64,000 bases of DNA, from contig CM059432.1 in the NCBI GenBank assembly GCA_030390025.1, positions 132,000,001-132,064,000 on the forward strand. The letters are read 5' to 3'. This document shows, in pieces, positions 1 through 10,600 of this stretch. Source of the DNA: Squalus acanthias (Eukaryota). The notes beneath the pieces are model-generated. The model saw only the letters and a list, made by a program, of their open reading frames with translations. It was not told where the DNA came from and searched no databases. A program made the position numbers and the translations under genes. Position 1 is the first letter of the stretch. Every line of letters starts with the position of its first letter.

Positions 1-870
1 TTAATGAAGAATTCTATCATATTATGATCGCTCCCCCCCAAGGGGCCTCGCACAACAAGATTGCTAATTAATCCTTTCTCATTACATAATACCCAGTCTA
101 GGATGGCCTGATCTCTAGTTGGTTCCTTGACATATTGGTCCAGGAAACCATCCCGTATACACTCTAGGAATTCCTCCTCCACAGTATTGTTACTAATTTG
201 GTTAACCCAATCTATATGTAGATTAAAGTCACCCATGATAACTGCTGTGCCCTTATTGCACGCGTCTCTAATTTCCCGTTTAATGCCATCCCCAACCTCA
301 GCATTACTGTTTGGGGGTCTGTATACAACTCCCACTCATGTTTTCTGCCCCTTGGTATTTCTCAGCTCTACCCATACAAATTCCACATCATCAGAGCTAA
401 TATCCTTCCTTACTATTGTGTTAATTTCCTCTTTAACCAGCAATGCTACCCCACCTCCTTTTCCTTTTTGCCTGTCCTTCCTGAATATTGAATACCCCTG
501 GATGTTGAATTTCCAGCCTTGGTCACCCTGGAGCCATGTCTCCGTAATCCCAATTATATCATATCCGTTTACATCTATTTGCGCAGCTAATTCATCCACC
601 TTATTACGAATGCTCCTCACATTAAGACACAAAGCCTTCAGGCTTGTTTTTTTAACACTCTTAGACCATTTAGAATTATTGTTTACTGTGGCCATGTTTG
701 ATTTACACTCTTGAATTCTCTGACTTCCACTTTTGCTTTTCTCCTTCCTGTCTTTTTCTTCTATCCTTGCTTCCCTTTCCTCTGTCTCCCTGCACAGGTT
801 CCCAACCCCCTGCCATTTTAGTTTAAACCCTCCCCAACAGCACTAGCAAACACTCCCCCTAGGACATCGG
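1..870 (-). mobile_element. CR1-type LINE fragment: ORF1 end plus ORF2 APE endonuclease N-terminus
   Basis: ORF 336..695 LNVRSIRNKVDEL...DIIGITETWL...GYSIFRKDR...GGGVALLVK is a classic CR1 APE domain; it runs off the window start. Confidence 0.88.
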
Positions 871-1553
871 GGGAGTTAGGTGTTCAGCGTTGCTAAGGTG
901 CTAATGACAGATGATGTGATGTGATGTATGACATCCCCCTGTCATTATTGCCTAATTTGAATGTGCCTCCCCATAGTTGGGCCGTCGCAGCTGATGTCTG
1001 ATGTCATTTCCAGCAGAAGCTACATCTGGTGCAAAAATGGGTCCGAAGCTGGTGTATTGGGCCCCATCCTGTTTTATGCCCCCTTCTGACCTGTTGGTGC
1101 TAAAGCAATAGTAAAGAAGGCAAAAGTTGGGCCTGATAAATCAAATAGCAGTGGCCACATTTTGGCAAACTTGGATTTTAAAAGCCTGTAGATTGTTGGA
1201 GGAAACGAAAGCTAAAGGAGGTAGAAGTTTCATAGTTTTGTGGTCTTCCATTCCCCTTTTGAAGGATTTGGGGGCGATTTTCCCACTGGAGGCGAGATGG
1301 AGGCGGGTTTCGATTTGAGTGGGTTTGAAACCCGCCTCCACTGATAGTTTTCAAAAAATTGCGATTATCCCCTGATTGGCCACTTGATTTCAGAGGTGTG
1401 GGTTGCCCTTGGTCAATTAGTGTTTTGGGATTGAAACCCACCTCTGCTGACATCACTTTTCCAGTCTGATTTTATGGCTTCTTGCTGCTTTGGATCATTC
1501 CACAGGATTTCTGCCTATGCTGCACCACCTGCAACATTTTCTGAGAAACCACT

Positions 1554-1740
1554 ATGTCCAATTCCAAGGCAAGGGCCTCCCCGAGGCTCTCGGATGAGGT
1601 GCTGCAAATGTTGTTTGGGGGGTGACAGCTAGCAGGGAAGTGCTCTTCCACTCATCTGGGAGGAAGAGGCCTCCCAAAGAAACCAAGGCTGTGTGGGTAC
1701 AGCTGGCAAGGGATATAACCTCCAGATCTGTGTGCAGATT
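1554..1740 (+). pseudogene. Truncated, frameshifted Myb/SANT-like DNA-binding ORF of the Harbinger element
   Basis: Hand translation MSNSKARASPRLSDEVLQMLFG / VTASREVLFHSSGRKRPPKETKAVWVQLARDITSRSV; closely parallels ORF 22283..22468. Confidence 0.75.
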
Positions 1741-1962
1741 GGGTGAATGTTTCTGTGTATTGATGAAATGCCATCCCTATTGGAAAGCATTAAAATGATT
1801 TGATGCCAAAATATTGGCATTATGGCATCCATTCTTTCGCCTTAGGCAGCTCCACACTTGCGTTGTCAGGTTGGTGGCCTGAGTGAAAGGAGGCCAGAGA
1901 GTCATGTCCATTGTCAATGATGTCTTAGGATGGAGCCAAGGACACGTGCCAACTTGGGCAAC

Positions 1963-3271
1963 CTATGCAAATCTAGCCAAGATAAGTTCATCCCTTGCAT
2001 CCCGGGCAGCCATGTGCTTGCGTGCTGCTGCTGCTGCTGGTCGATACACCGGCGCTCTGACCTCCTCCTCCAGATCCTCCTCCTCCTCATTCTCCTCCTG
2101 CTCCTCCTCCTCCTCATCCTCATCTGAGGAGGCCTGGAACTGAGCCACTTGCTCATCAGGAATCTCCAAGCCACAACGCTGTGCGATGTTGTGAAGTGCA
2201 CAGCAGACCACGACCATTCTGGAGACCCTGTATGGTGTATACTGCAGGGCTCCACCTGATCAGTCAAGGCAACGGAAGCGCATCTTCAACAACCCAATGG
2301 TTTGCTCGATGATGGAACTCGTCGAAGTGTAGCTGGCGTTGTAGCGCTCTTCAGCTTCATTAGCTGGCCTCCTGATCGGCGTCATTAGCCACTTCTTCAG
2401 GGGGTAGCCTTTGTCACCAAGGAGCCATCCGTTAAGTTGGTTTGGCGGATTGAAAAGCGGAGGAACACTAGAGTGCTGCAGGATGAAAGAGTCATGGCAA
2501 CTACCACAGACCTTGGCGCAAACATGCAAAAACTCCTTCTTGTGGTTACACACCAGCTGTACGTTGAGGGAGTGGAAGCCCTTTCGGTTGACAAAGATAG
2601 CTGGGTTGTGATGGGGTGTCCTAAGGGCCACATGTGTGCAATCTATGACGCCCTGCACCATTGGCATGCCTGCCATATTTGCAAAGCCAACCGAACGGGC
2701 GGTTATACTTGCTTGATCCCTTGAGAACTGGATGTAATTGTGGGCCTTAGCAAAAAGGGCATCGGTAACCTGCGTGATGCAATTGTGGGCGGCCGACTGG
2801 GAGATGCCGCTGATGTCTGCTGATGATCCCTGGAAGGAGCCTGAGGCAAAGAAGTTGAGTGCGGTGGTGACTTTGACAGCCACTGGTAAGGGGTGGCCAC
2901 CCGTTCCTCTGGGCACCAGGTCTTGTTGCAGCAGTCCGCAGATCTCTCGGACAACCTCTCGCGAAAGTCTCAGCCTCCTTTGGCACTGCTGCTCACTCAT
3001 GTTGAGGTAGCTCATCCTCTGTCTGTAAACCCTCTGTCGGGGGCTATCTCCTGCGGCGAGATGCCTCGATGCGCTGGCGCCTTCCGCCCTGTGCAGCATC
3101 AGGTGGCTGAGCAGGAGGTTGGGGCTCCTGCTGCTGTTGCTGCTGAGCTGCCTGAGCAGGAGGTTGGGGCTCCTGCTGCTGTTGCTGCTGAGCTGCCTGG
3201 TTCTGCTGCTGCCGTGGATGCTCCTCATCCAAATCTGAGGTCCATGGTGAAAGAAAACGAATAGTTCCCAT
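1963..3271 (-). pseudogene. Harbinger (HARBI1-like) DDE transposase with one in-frame stop at 2260-2262 and a probable frameshift near 3045
   Basis: Motifs [33 protein letters not shown] and [18 protein letters not shown] 1963..2217 continues in the same frame after TGA (CLD*SGGALQY...VCCALHN). Confidence 0.9.
3107..3198. repeat. 45-bp tandem duplication (2 copies, CAG-rich on minus) in the transposase N-terminus
   Basis: CTGAGCAGGAGGTTGGGGCTCCTGCTGCTGTTGCTGCTGAGCTGC at 3107 and 3152. Confidence 0.85.
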
Positions 3272-5534
3272 GCTGCTGGCAGATACCTCCGTTGGGGAAG
3301 CACTCATTGCAAGCGGGGAGAGGGTCTTCCAAGGAGGTCCCACAGTTGATACCTTCAAGCTTCAGCACCTCCTTCGGAAGGCCTTCTAAAAGTGCTCAAA
3401 GACCTTTTAAAGCAAAGATCTGCCACCTGCAACTAATCCCTGATGAAATAAACGATTTAATGTTGGACCTGCAGCTGTGAGGAGACCACCCACTTGTCAA
3501 CCCGCCAGGTTTAGCTAGCGTGGTTTAGAAGGGTCGTGGAACACGCCAAAATGGTCGAAAAATCACGAGGGCCTCTCAAAATAGGCTTAGAGAGACCCTT
3601 AACGAGCATTTAAGCCTCTTAACAAGCTCTCTGGGCAGCTGGAGACGGGACCGTTTCCCACCCTGCAAAACCGGCACCGGCAAAATCCCGCGGAGGCGGG
3701 TTCCGAACCCGCACTCATTGTTTCCGATTTTCCCGCCTCCAAACCCGCCTCCTCAGATGTCAGAAAATCACCCCCATGCTGTAACTGGTGATGGAAACCC
3801 CATTTTAAAAGCTCTTCAACAAAAATAGCTGGCCAAAAAAACTTTTAAAGAATGATGTTAGATTTAAAGCTACATTCCTGATCTCAATAATAAAAAAAGT
3901 GGATTAAACATGGCCTTTGATTTTCCTCAGTTCGCTCCCTACTCAACCAGCCATCTAAATTTGTACATAGACATGGGGGTGCGCACAGTTCCAGATAGTG
4001 TCCCTTTATCTATTGTCAGTGACCAAGATAAAACAGGTCAGGAATACATTAAATGAAACATAATTCTTAAATGTTTCTGGGCAAGAATTATTGTTGAAGA
4101 AAGTCACCAAAATAGGTTACACATCTTCACTACCAAATTAAAGTTAAACCATTTAAATGTTTCCTTTAACTTTCTGTCCTTTTTTAATCTTTGTACTTTT
4201 TTATTTTGCTTTTCTAAATAATTCTGTAACCAGTGGTGTCTTAATTTAATTTTAACTCATGAATTTAAATGCAACAGTTTCGAACTGAAACAGAGCATTT
4301 CTCATTTGACATTAAAAGATGCATACGTACAATTAAAGAGATATTCTGAAATATACTCTTTAACCAAATTTTTACTGAATTGTGCAAAATTTACAATTCA
4401 TTCTTGGGTTCATGGTACATTACAGGTTGCATAGTATTTTGAAGATCTTACACAATTCTGTACATTTAGGAAGCACTATGTATTGATAGGACCGGAGTTG
4501 TTCTTTGGTAAGGATCTTATGTCAAGCAAGGACGGTGGGTCAGGCTCACAGGGACAAGGAGTTGGTGACGTTTCGGCAATGTTTGTTTGACTCAACAGAG
4601 ATTGTTATAGCTCAGTTTTATTTTAAAACTTTTATGATTTTAAAATAGGTTTATATCGACCCATCTACTTAATATCGAAGTTCACATATTATCTATCATC
4701 TTTATAAACATTTTAAGTACAGTTGGCCAGTTGCGAATATTTTGTAATTTAATTTATCACAAAAGCAGTTGAAGATAGATGTTACAAATTTTCACTCCAG
4801 CCTTATGTCCCTATATGTGCTGCACACCGGAAGTATAAATTCATAAAATCTACACTTAAAAATGTTAACTCGTTGGGATATGTTTCAGGTTGTAGTACCA
4901 TTAAGTTCCTACAATGGTGCCACTGGGAAAATTGTTATCTAATAGTTCTGCAGTGCCACCAGGTGGTGTATCTTAATATCTCAGCACTTGGTAAAGTGCA
5001 TTTTAAAGGGAAACGATGCAAAACCCTCTTCAAGTTTTCTGTGTTGTCTTTTGTCATGGAGGTGAGCATGGTGCACAGGGTGGAGGTCCGCTGGGATCTG
5101 TGGGGGGAGTGGAGGAAGAGCTCTGGGGGGAGTCGTCTCACACTGAAGTATTACTGGAATCTGCAGAATTTGTCGAATCTAGAGGTGATGGTATTGGTGA
5201 GGTGGAATTTGCTAGCTAGTTGGTGGCAGGATATAACCTGGGCCTCGTGGAAGAACTGGTCTAATCTAGTCTACCCATCCGCCCCACCCCCCCCAGAGCG
5301 TGAGACCTGGGCGATTTTATCTTCGGAGCCTCGTTAAAATCCGCCCTCACTGACTCCCGCCGGCAGGGATGACATAGTGGTGGGTGGGAGCAGGAAGTCG
5401 TGCGACTGCATGCCACCGCCAGGGACCCACTGAAACAGTCCACAGCAAGATAAGTTAGGAAGGACGGTGGCTGGAGAAGGGGTGGGGGAGCCCAGGACGG
5501 AGGATGCCAAAGATGTCCATGCTGGGCCCTGCAC

Positions 5535-5895
5535 CCCTGAGCATATAATCTAGGCTGATACTTCAGTGCAGTAATAAGGGAGTGCTGCACTATCAGAGGT
5601 CTGTCTTTTGGATGAGATGTTCAACCAAATCCGTTCTGCCCTCTCAGGTTCCATGGCACTATTCAAACAAGAGCAGTATAGCTTTCCTGATGTCCAGGCC
5701 AAATTTTATCCTTCAACCAACACCACTATCTGGATATTTATCTCATTGCTGATTGTGGAAACTCGCTGTGTGCAAATTGGTTGCCATGTTTGGCAACATT
5801 ACTACAACAGTGACGACACTTCAAAAATACTTCATTGGCTGTGAAAGACTTTGGGACATCCTGAAGATCTGAAAGGTACTATACATGCAAATTAT
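5535..5895 (+). mobile_element. DeuSINE (SacSINE1-like) copy, degenerate
   Basis: Similar to the copy at 45092-45480 (gtgcaaattgg...acaacagtgac...cacttcaaaa...cattggctgt). Confidence 0.65.
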
Positions 5896-5919
5896 TTATT
5901 TCTATGTGGCATGAATGCT

Positions 5920-6580
5920 ACCTGTCACTTAGCCCAAGCCTGAATGTTGTCCAGGTCCCGCTGTAAGCTTTCATGGGCTTATCAGAGGAGTTCTGAATGG
6001 AGCTGAACACTGTAGAATCATCAGAAGACAGCATCAGTCCTGACCCTATAATAGAAGGGATGTCATTGATGATTCATCTGAAGATGGTTAGGCCAAGGAT
6101 GTTGTCCTGAGGAACTCTTGCAGCAATGTTTTGGGGCTCCAACAACCACGATTATCTTCCTTTGTGTCAGGTATGACTCCAGCCTCTGGAGGGTCTTCCC
6201 TTTAACTCCCAATGACTTTGGTTTTCCTAGGGCTCCTTGGTGCCATACTCAGTTGAATGATACTTTGATGTCCTGGGCAGTTACTCTCACTTCTCTTCTA
6301 GCATTCAGCCCTTGTATCCACGCCTCGATCAAGAGTGTGATAAGGTCTGGGGCCGAGTGGTTCTGGCAGAACCTGAACTGAACATAAGCGAGCAGGTTAT
6401 TGGTGATTAGGTGTCATACTATTGATGACTCCTTCCATCACTTTGCTGGTAATTGGGAAGAGGCTGATTGACAGTAATTGGCCGGTTTAGTTTAGTCCTG
6501 CTTTCTGTGGATAGGACACACTTGGGCAATCTTCCACATTGTTGGGTAGATGCCAGTGCTATAGCTACACCGGAATTGCC
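5920..6580 (-). mobile_element. Degenerate non-LTR retrotransposon RT fragment (CR1 group)
   Basis: Minus strand gives remnants VPQD.ILG, INDIP, SDDSTVF (YADD box equivalent) and SLQRDLDNIQ. Confidence 0.65.
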
Positions 6581-7084
6581 TGGTACTTTAAATAACATTT
6601 TATATTTTCAATGAAGACAGTGGCAAAAGTGAAAAGTTGACCAAAGGAAAATATGAAAATAATCTCCTTGATTTCAGAAAGGTTTTTTTCTCTCAAATTC
6701 CATTTCATCTCAACCATATTTTAACAGATATTAGGTGAAGGCTGGAAAAAATGTAAAATGGGAAAACAATGCTTGATGGCAAATATACTAATGTTACTCC
6801 AATTAGTGAGCTATAGTGCAAAAAAAAACCCGAAACCCATTCCACTAAAATGGATTAGTTTAAAGAGAACAGTTTCTGATAATAAATAAAAGTTAGTTCA
6901 TCTTAAAGGTGCATATCTCTGACAGAGAGACCGACTTGCACTAGTCAGAGAAACCAAATCCAGGACCGAGAATCACAGGCTCCCCACTCCTGGGGTGGAA
7001 ATTCAGGCCTGGTGACTGAACCCGACAAACAGCAAATAAATACCAAGAGGGGGAACCATGGGGTGGGGAGTTTGGAGGCAAGCT

Positions 7085-7443
7085 CAAAGTCCACTTCCGT
7101 CACATTCTATTAGAGTCTCAATATATTTCAAATAAAACTGTTGGACTATAACCTGGTGTTGTGCGACCTCTCAATATATAAATACAGAGAGTAATAGTTT
7201 GGTGTATTTTAGTCGCAGCAGAAAGATAAAAACTCTGCTTCTTATTCCTTTCCCCTGTCACTCTCGCGGGCAGTTGCGAGGACTTTTTGAGCGTGAACTC
7301 GACTTTGGAGCTGGGGGGGTTAACTGAAACTTTCGATTGGCCTGGAACAAGTCTCGGGCTCACTCTGCCCGCAGTTTGGAGGAGGGGAGGAGTCTACTGT
7401 AAGCCGGTGTGGGTAATTGCCCTGCACTCGACCGTTGTTTGTC
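7085..7443 (+). promoter_or_regulatory. Putative CpG-rich promoter / 5' region of the crotonase gene
   Basis: Local CpG enrichment at about 7250-7630; ETS-type CACTTCCG motif at about 7092-7099; directly upstream of exon 1. Confidence 0.45.
7127..7168 (+). mobile_element. 42-bp Penelope-like element 3' terminus with 11-bp TSD
   Basis: TTCAAATAAAACTGTTGGACTATAACCTGGTGTTGTGCGACC matches the terminus of the PLE at 28831; flanked by TCTCAATATAT at 7116-7126 and 7169-7179. Confidence 0.85.
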
Positions 7444-7606
7444 ATGTCAGTCTGTGGTCGCTTGTGGCGGCCCGTGTCCGCTGTTGGAGCTGCGAGCAAT
7501 GCAGAATTCCGCTCCAGGCTGCAGAGAGCGGCTCTGCGCTGCAGCATCGCCCTGTCTGTATCAGCCAGGAGCTTCACAACAGGCGGCGAGGAGGAGGAGG
7601 AGGCAG
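7444..7606 (+). CDS. Crotonase gene exon 1 ([54 protein letters not shown]), putative mitochondrial transit peptide
   Basis: ATG at 7444 in a CpG-rich region; Arg/Ser/Ala/Leu-rich, acid-poor N-terminus; strong donor AG|GTGAGT at 7607; 163 nt gives phase 1, matching the exon 2 acceptor. Confidence 0.8.
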
Positions 7607-10600
7607 GTGAGTCTTCCCCAGGGGCCGCACTCTGGGTGAATGGCTCCACTTAAAATACAGGCAGCTCCCTAGAAAGAATTTGCACCTCAGGACGTCCCAA
7701 CACGCTTTACATCCAAACTAAGTACTTTTTGAATTATAGTCGCTGTTGTCTTCTTCTTAGGCAGTCCCTCGGAACCGAGGATGACTTGCTTCCACATTAA
7801 AAATGAGTTCTCAGGTGACTGATGAGTCCAATGCGGGGCAGTCTCTGTCACAGGTGGGGCAGACGGCGGGTGGGTGGGGTGCTTGGGTTGACCTGCGCTC
7901 CTTCCGCTGCCTGCGCTTGGCTTCCGCTTGCTCCCGGCGAAGAGACTCGAGGTGTTCGGCGCCTTCCCGGATGCTTCTCCTCCACTTTGTGCGGTCTTGG
8001 GCCAGGGATTCCCAGGTGTCGGTGGGGATGTTACACTTTTTCAAGGAGGAGGAGGAGGAGTCGCTGTTGTAATGCAGGAAACGTGGCAGCCAAATTGTGT
8101 ACAGCAAGATCCCACACACAGCAATGTGACAATGACCAGATCATCTGTTTTAAGGTGTTGGTTTGAGGGATAAATATTGGCCAGGACTCCGGGGGAACTG
8201 TCCTCTTCTTCCAATAGTGCCGTGGGATCTTTATGCCCACCTGAGAGGGTTTAACGTCTCATCCAAAAGACGGCACCTCTGACAGTGCACTGTCGTACAC
8301 CGTGGTCCTGCAGTGGAGCGTCAGCCTAGATTTTGTGCTCAAGTCCCTGGAGTGGGAGTTCAACCTTCTGGCCCAGAGGTGAGAGTGCTACCACTGAGCT
8401 AGGGCTGACGCCAAGGGTTAATTTCCTCCGACACTGCACAATAATAGCCTTTCTACGTTTAAGTGGGTTTGCAAGCTGTATTGGGTTAATGCCTTTTTTA
8501 TACCCATATCAATTGGTTTCCTTGGTGCCAGATTTACCCCATTTATACTACAGGGCAGATTGGCCAACAGTTGGCTTCAAAGTCACTAATACAACCTTGC
8601 ACGGACCGTTCGAGAACCGCTTCTTCTGTACATTGAGGTGAATGAAAGTACCAGATAATGGAGCCTGTGCACAACTTCATCTCTGGTTGTCTAACCTTCC
8701 CCAGACATTGGGAAAGAGAGAACGTACATTGATATAGCGCCTTTCACATGCTCAGGACGGCCTAAAGTGCTTTACAGCCAACTAAGTACTTTTGAATTAT
8801 AGTCACTGTTGAGATGTAGGTCAACACAGCAGCCTATTTGCACACAGCAAGGTCCGACAAACATGGTGAGATAAATGACCAGATCATTTGCTCATGGTGA
8901 CATTGGTTGAGGGATAACTTTGGTCAGGACACCGGGAAAACCCCTCAACTTCTTTGGGGAGACTACACTGGTGGATTGAGCACTCCGCCTGTTCATGGTT
9001 TGGACAGCAACAATTTGCATTTAATGGAGAAAAACTTCCCGAGACACTTCATGGAAGAGAAAAGGAGTGGGCATTGAGTTTTTTGCAGGAGGGTTAAGCG
9101 AAAACTTGGTTGAAGAGATGTGTTTTAAGAAGACTTTTAAAGAAAGGGAGGGAGGTCACAGTTGCCTTTTGGCTCTGGTTGACTCGCCATTTCTGCGCAT
9201 GCCCAACTCTGCATGCCGATGCCTGGGCCTCCCTGCGATCCCAGCCTTCAATGCTTCTGAACCACCGGCACCTTGAACCTCACCTCACTGGCCACGCTCA
9301 CTCCAAGTGCCTCTTTGGAGAGTTCCTTTTGATATTCAGAGGCGGTGGAGCGGACTGACGACAGCAAGAAACGGTATAACTTTATCGCAGAAAGCTTATT
9401 GAGTGTATTTTTGGTGGTGTGCATTTTGTGTGGATAGTGTCCAGCTGTCCTAATGCTTGTGAATGTCCACGAGTGTTGGGGGAACTTTGCAACGCGGATA
9501 GGCAGCCAGAGGAAAAAATAGCCTCATTTGTTACGTGATAAAATTGTTTTTAAAATTGTATTGCAATTGAGACTTATCAAAGGGGCTGATAAAACAAGAT
9601 GGATTGTTTTGAACCATTTACATTTGTTGCAATGATTTTAGTAGATTGGCACAGGAACGTAGGCAACACAATGGGCTGAGGAAACCAACATGAGTGCACT
9701 TTTTGCCTGGCAGAAAATAGTAAAGGGAGCAGGATTTAACAAATCTATTTCATCCCCTCTAAACCCGCTTGACCCATAAACTGCACTTGGTATTGACTCC
9801 TCATGTCAATGTCATGGAAGATCAACTAGTAATTAACATATGAAACCATCCCAGAATATTTGTGATGGCTTGGCTTCATATGCTGACACAGTACACTTGA
9901 AAATGATGGAAAATGCATCCAAAAAGTCAAAATACAAAATCTCCTGCTGACATGCCCCCAGATCCTCTTTGGAAATACATTTTGTGCCATGAGCGCTCAC
10001 TGATCCTCTTCAAAGGTATCTCAATCCACCACTGCAAAAATTGCACTGTTGTATACTTTTTTCCCTATAATATAACTGGTGGAATATTGGTTGCAGCTCC
10101 GCCTTAAGTCACGACAAGTTTCTGTCCCACTGCACTCCCATTGTAGCTAACTTTTGTATGGCATGTGAGGCCATTGTGTTTCAGTTTTCACAGAAAAAAT
10201 ACATTGAATTTTATAGCACAAAAGCAGGCCATTCGGCCCAACAGGTCTGTTTGTGCCCACACGAGCCTCCTCCCACCTTATTTCATCTCACCCTATCAAC
10301 ATATCCTTCTATTCCTTTCTCCCTCATGTACTTACATAGTACATGTACTATTAAATAAACTGAATTGTGGAATTTAATCCCAAATCACTAATAAAAATCC
10401 TGAAATTCAGTGAAATAAAAAGAAATTTAACTTATTTAGTCATTTTGAGGCAGTGGCCTTGGATCATAAGAGTTTTACTCAAGACTGTTTTTCAGTTGTA
10501 CATTGTTTTTTTGAGTTGTCAGCTTTTTTGGGGGGACTGTGTCAGCTTTAATGAAGATGTGTGTCGGCTTTTCTGAATTTTATAGGTTGTCGTGTATGGG

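Larger units (their letters stand above)
1270..3775 (-). mobile_element. PIF/Harbinger DNA transposon, near full length but inactivated
   Basis: TIRs GGGGGCGATTTTC (1270) / GAAAATCACCCCC (3763-3775), 12/13 match, with subterminal GGAGGCGGGTTT motifs. Transposase on minus and Myb/SANT relic on plus. No convincing TSD. Confidence 0.9.

Noticed and set aside
127..714. 195-aa plus-strand ORF
   Set aside because: Antisense shadow of the CR1 endonuclease frame.
1963..3303. Domesticated host gene HARBI1
   Set aside because: It has TIRs, a partner Myb relic and an in-frame stop, so it is a transposon copy.
4935..5270. Possible exon or L1-like ORF2 remnant (QLASKFHLTNT) on minus
   Set aside because: Too degenerate; no splice or domain support.
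6930..7100. Divergent gene first exon on minus
   Set aside because: The ATG is followed by a stop after 18 codons and no downstream exons were recognised.
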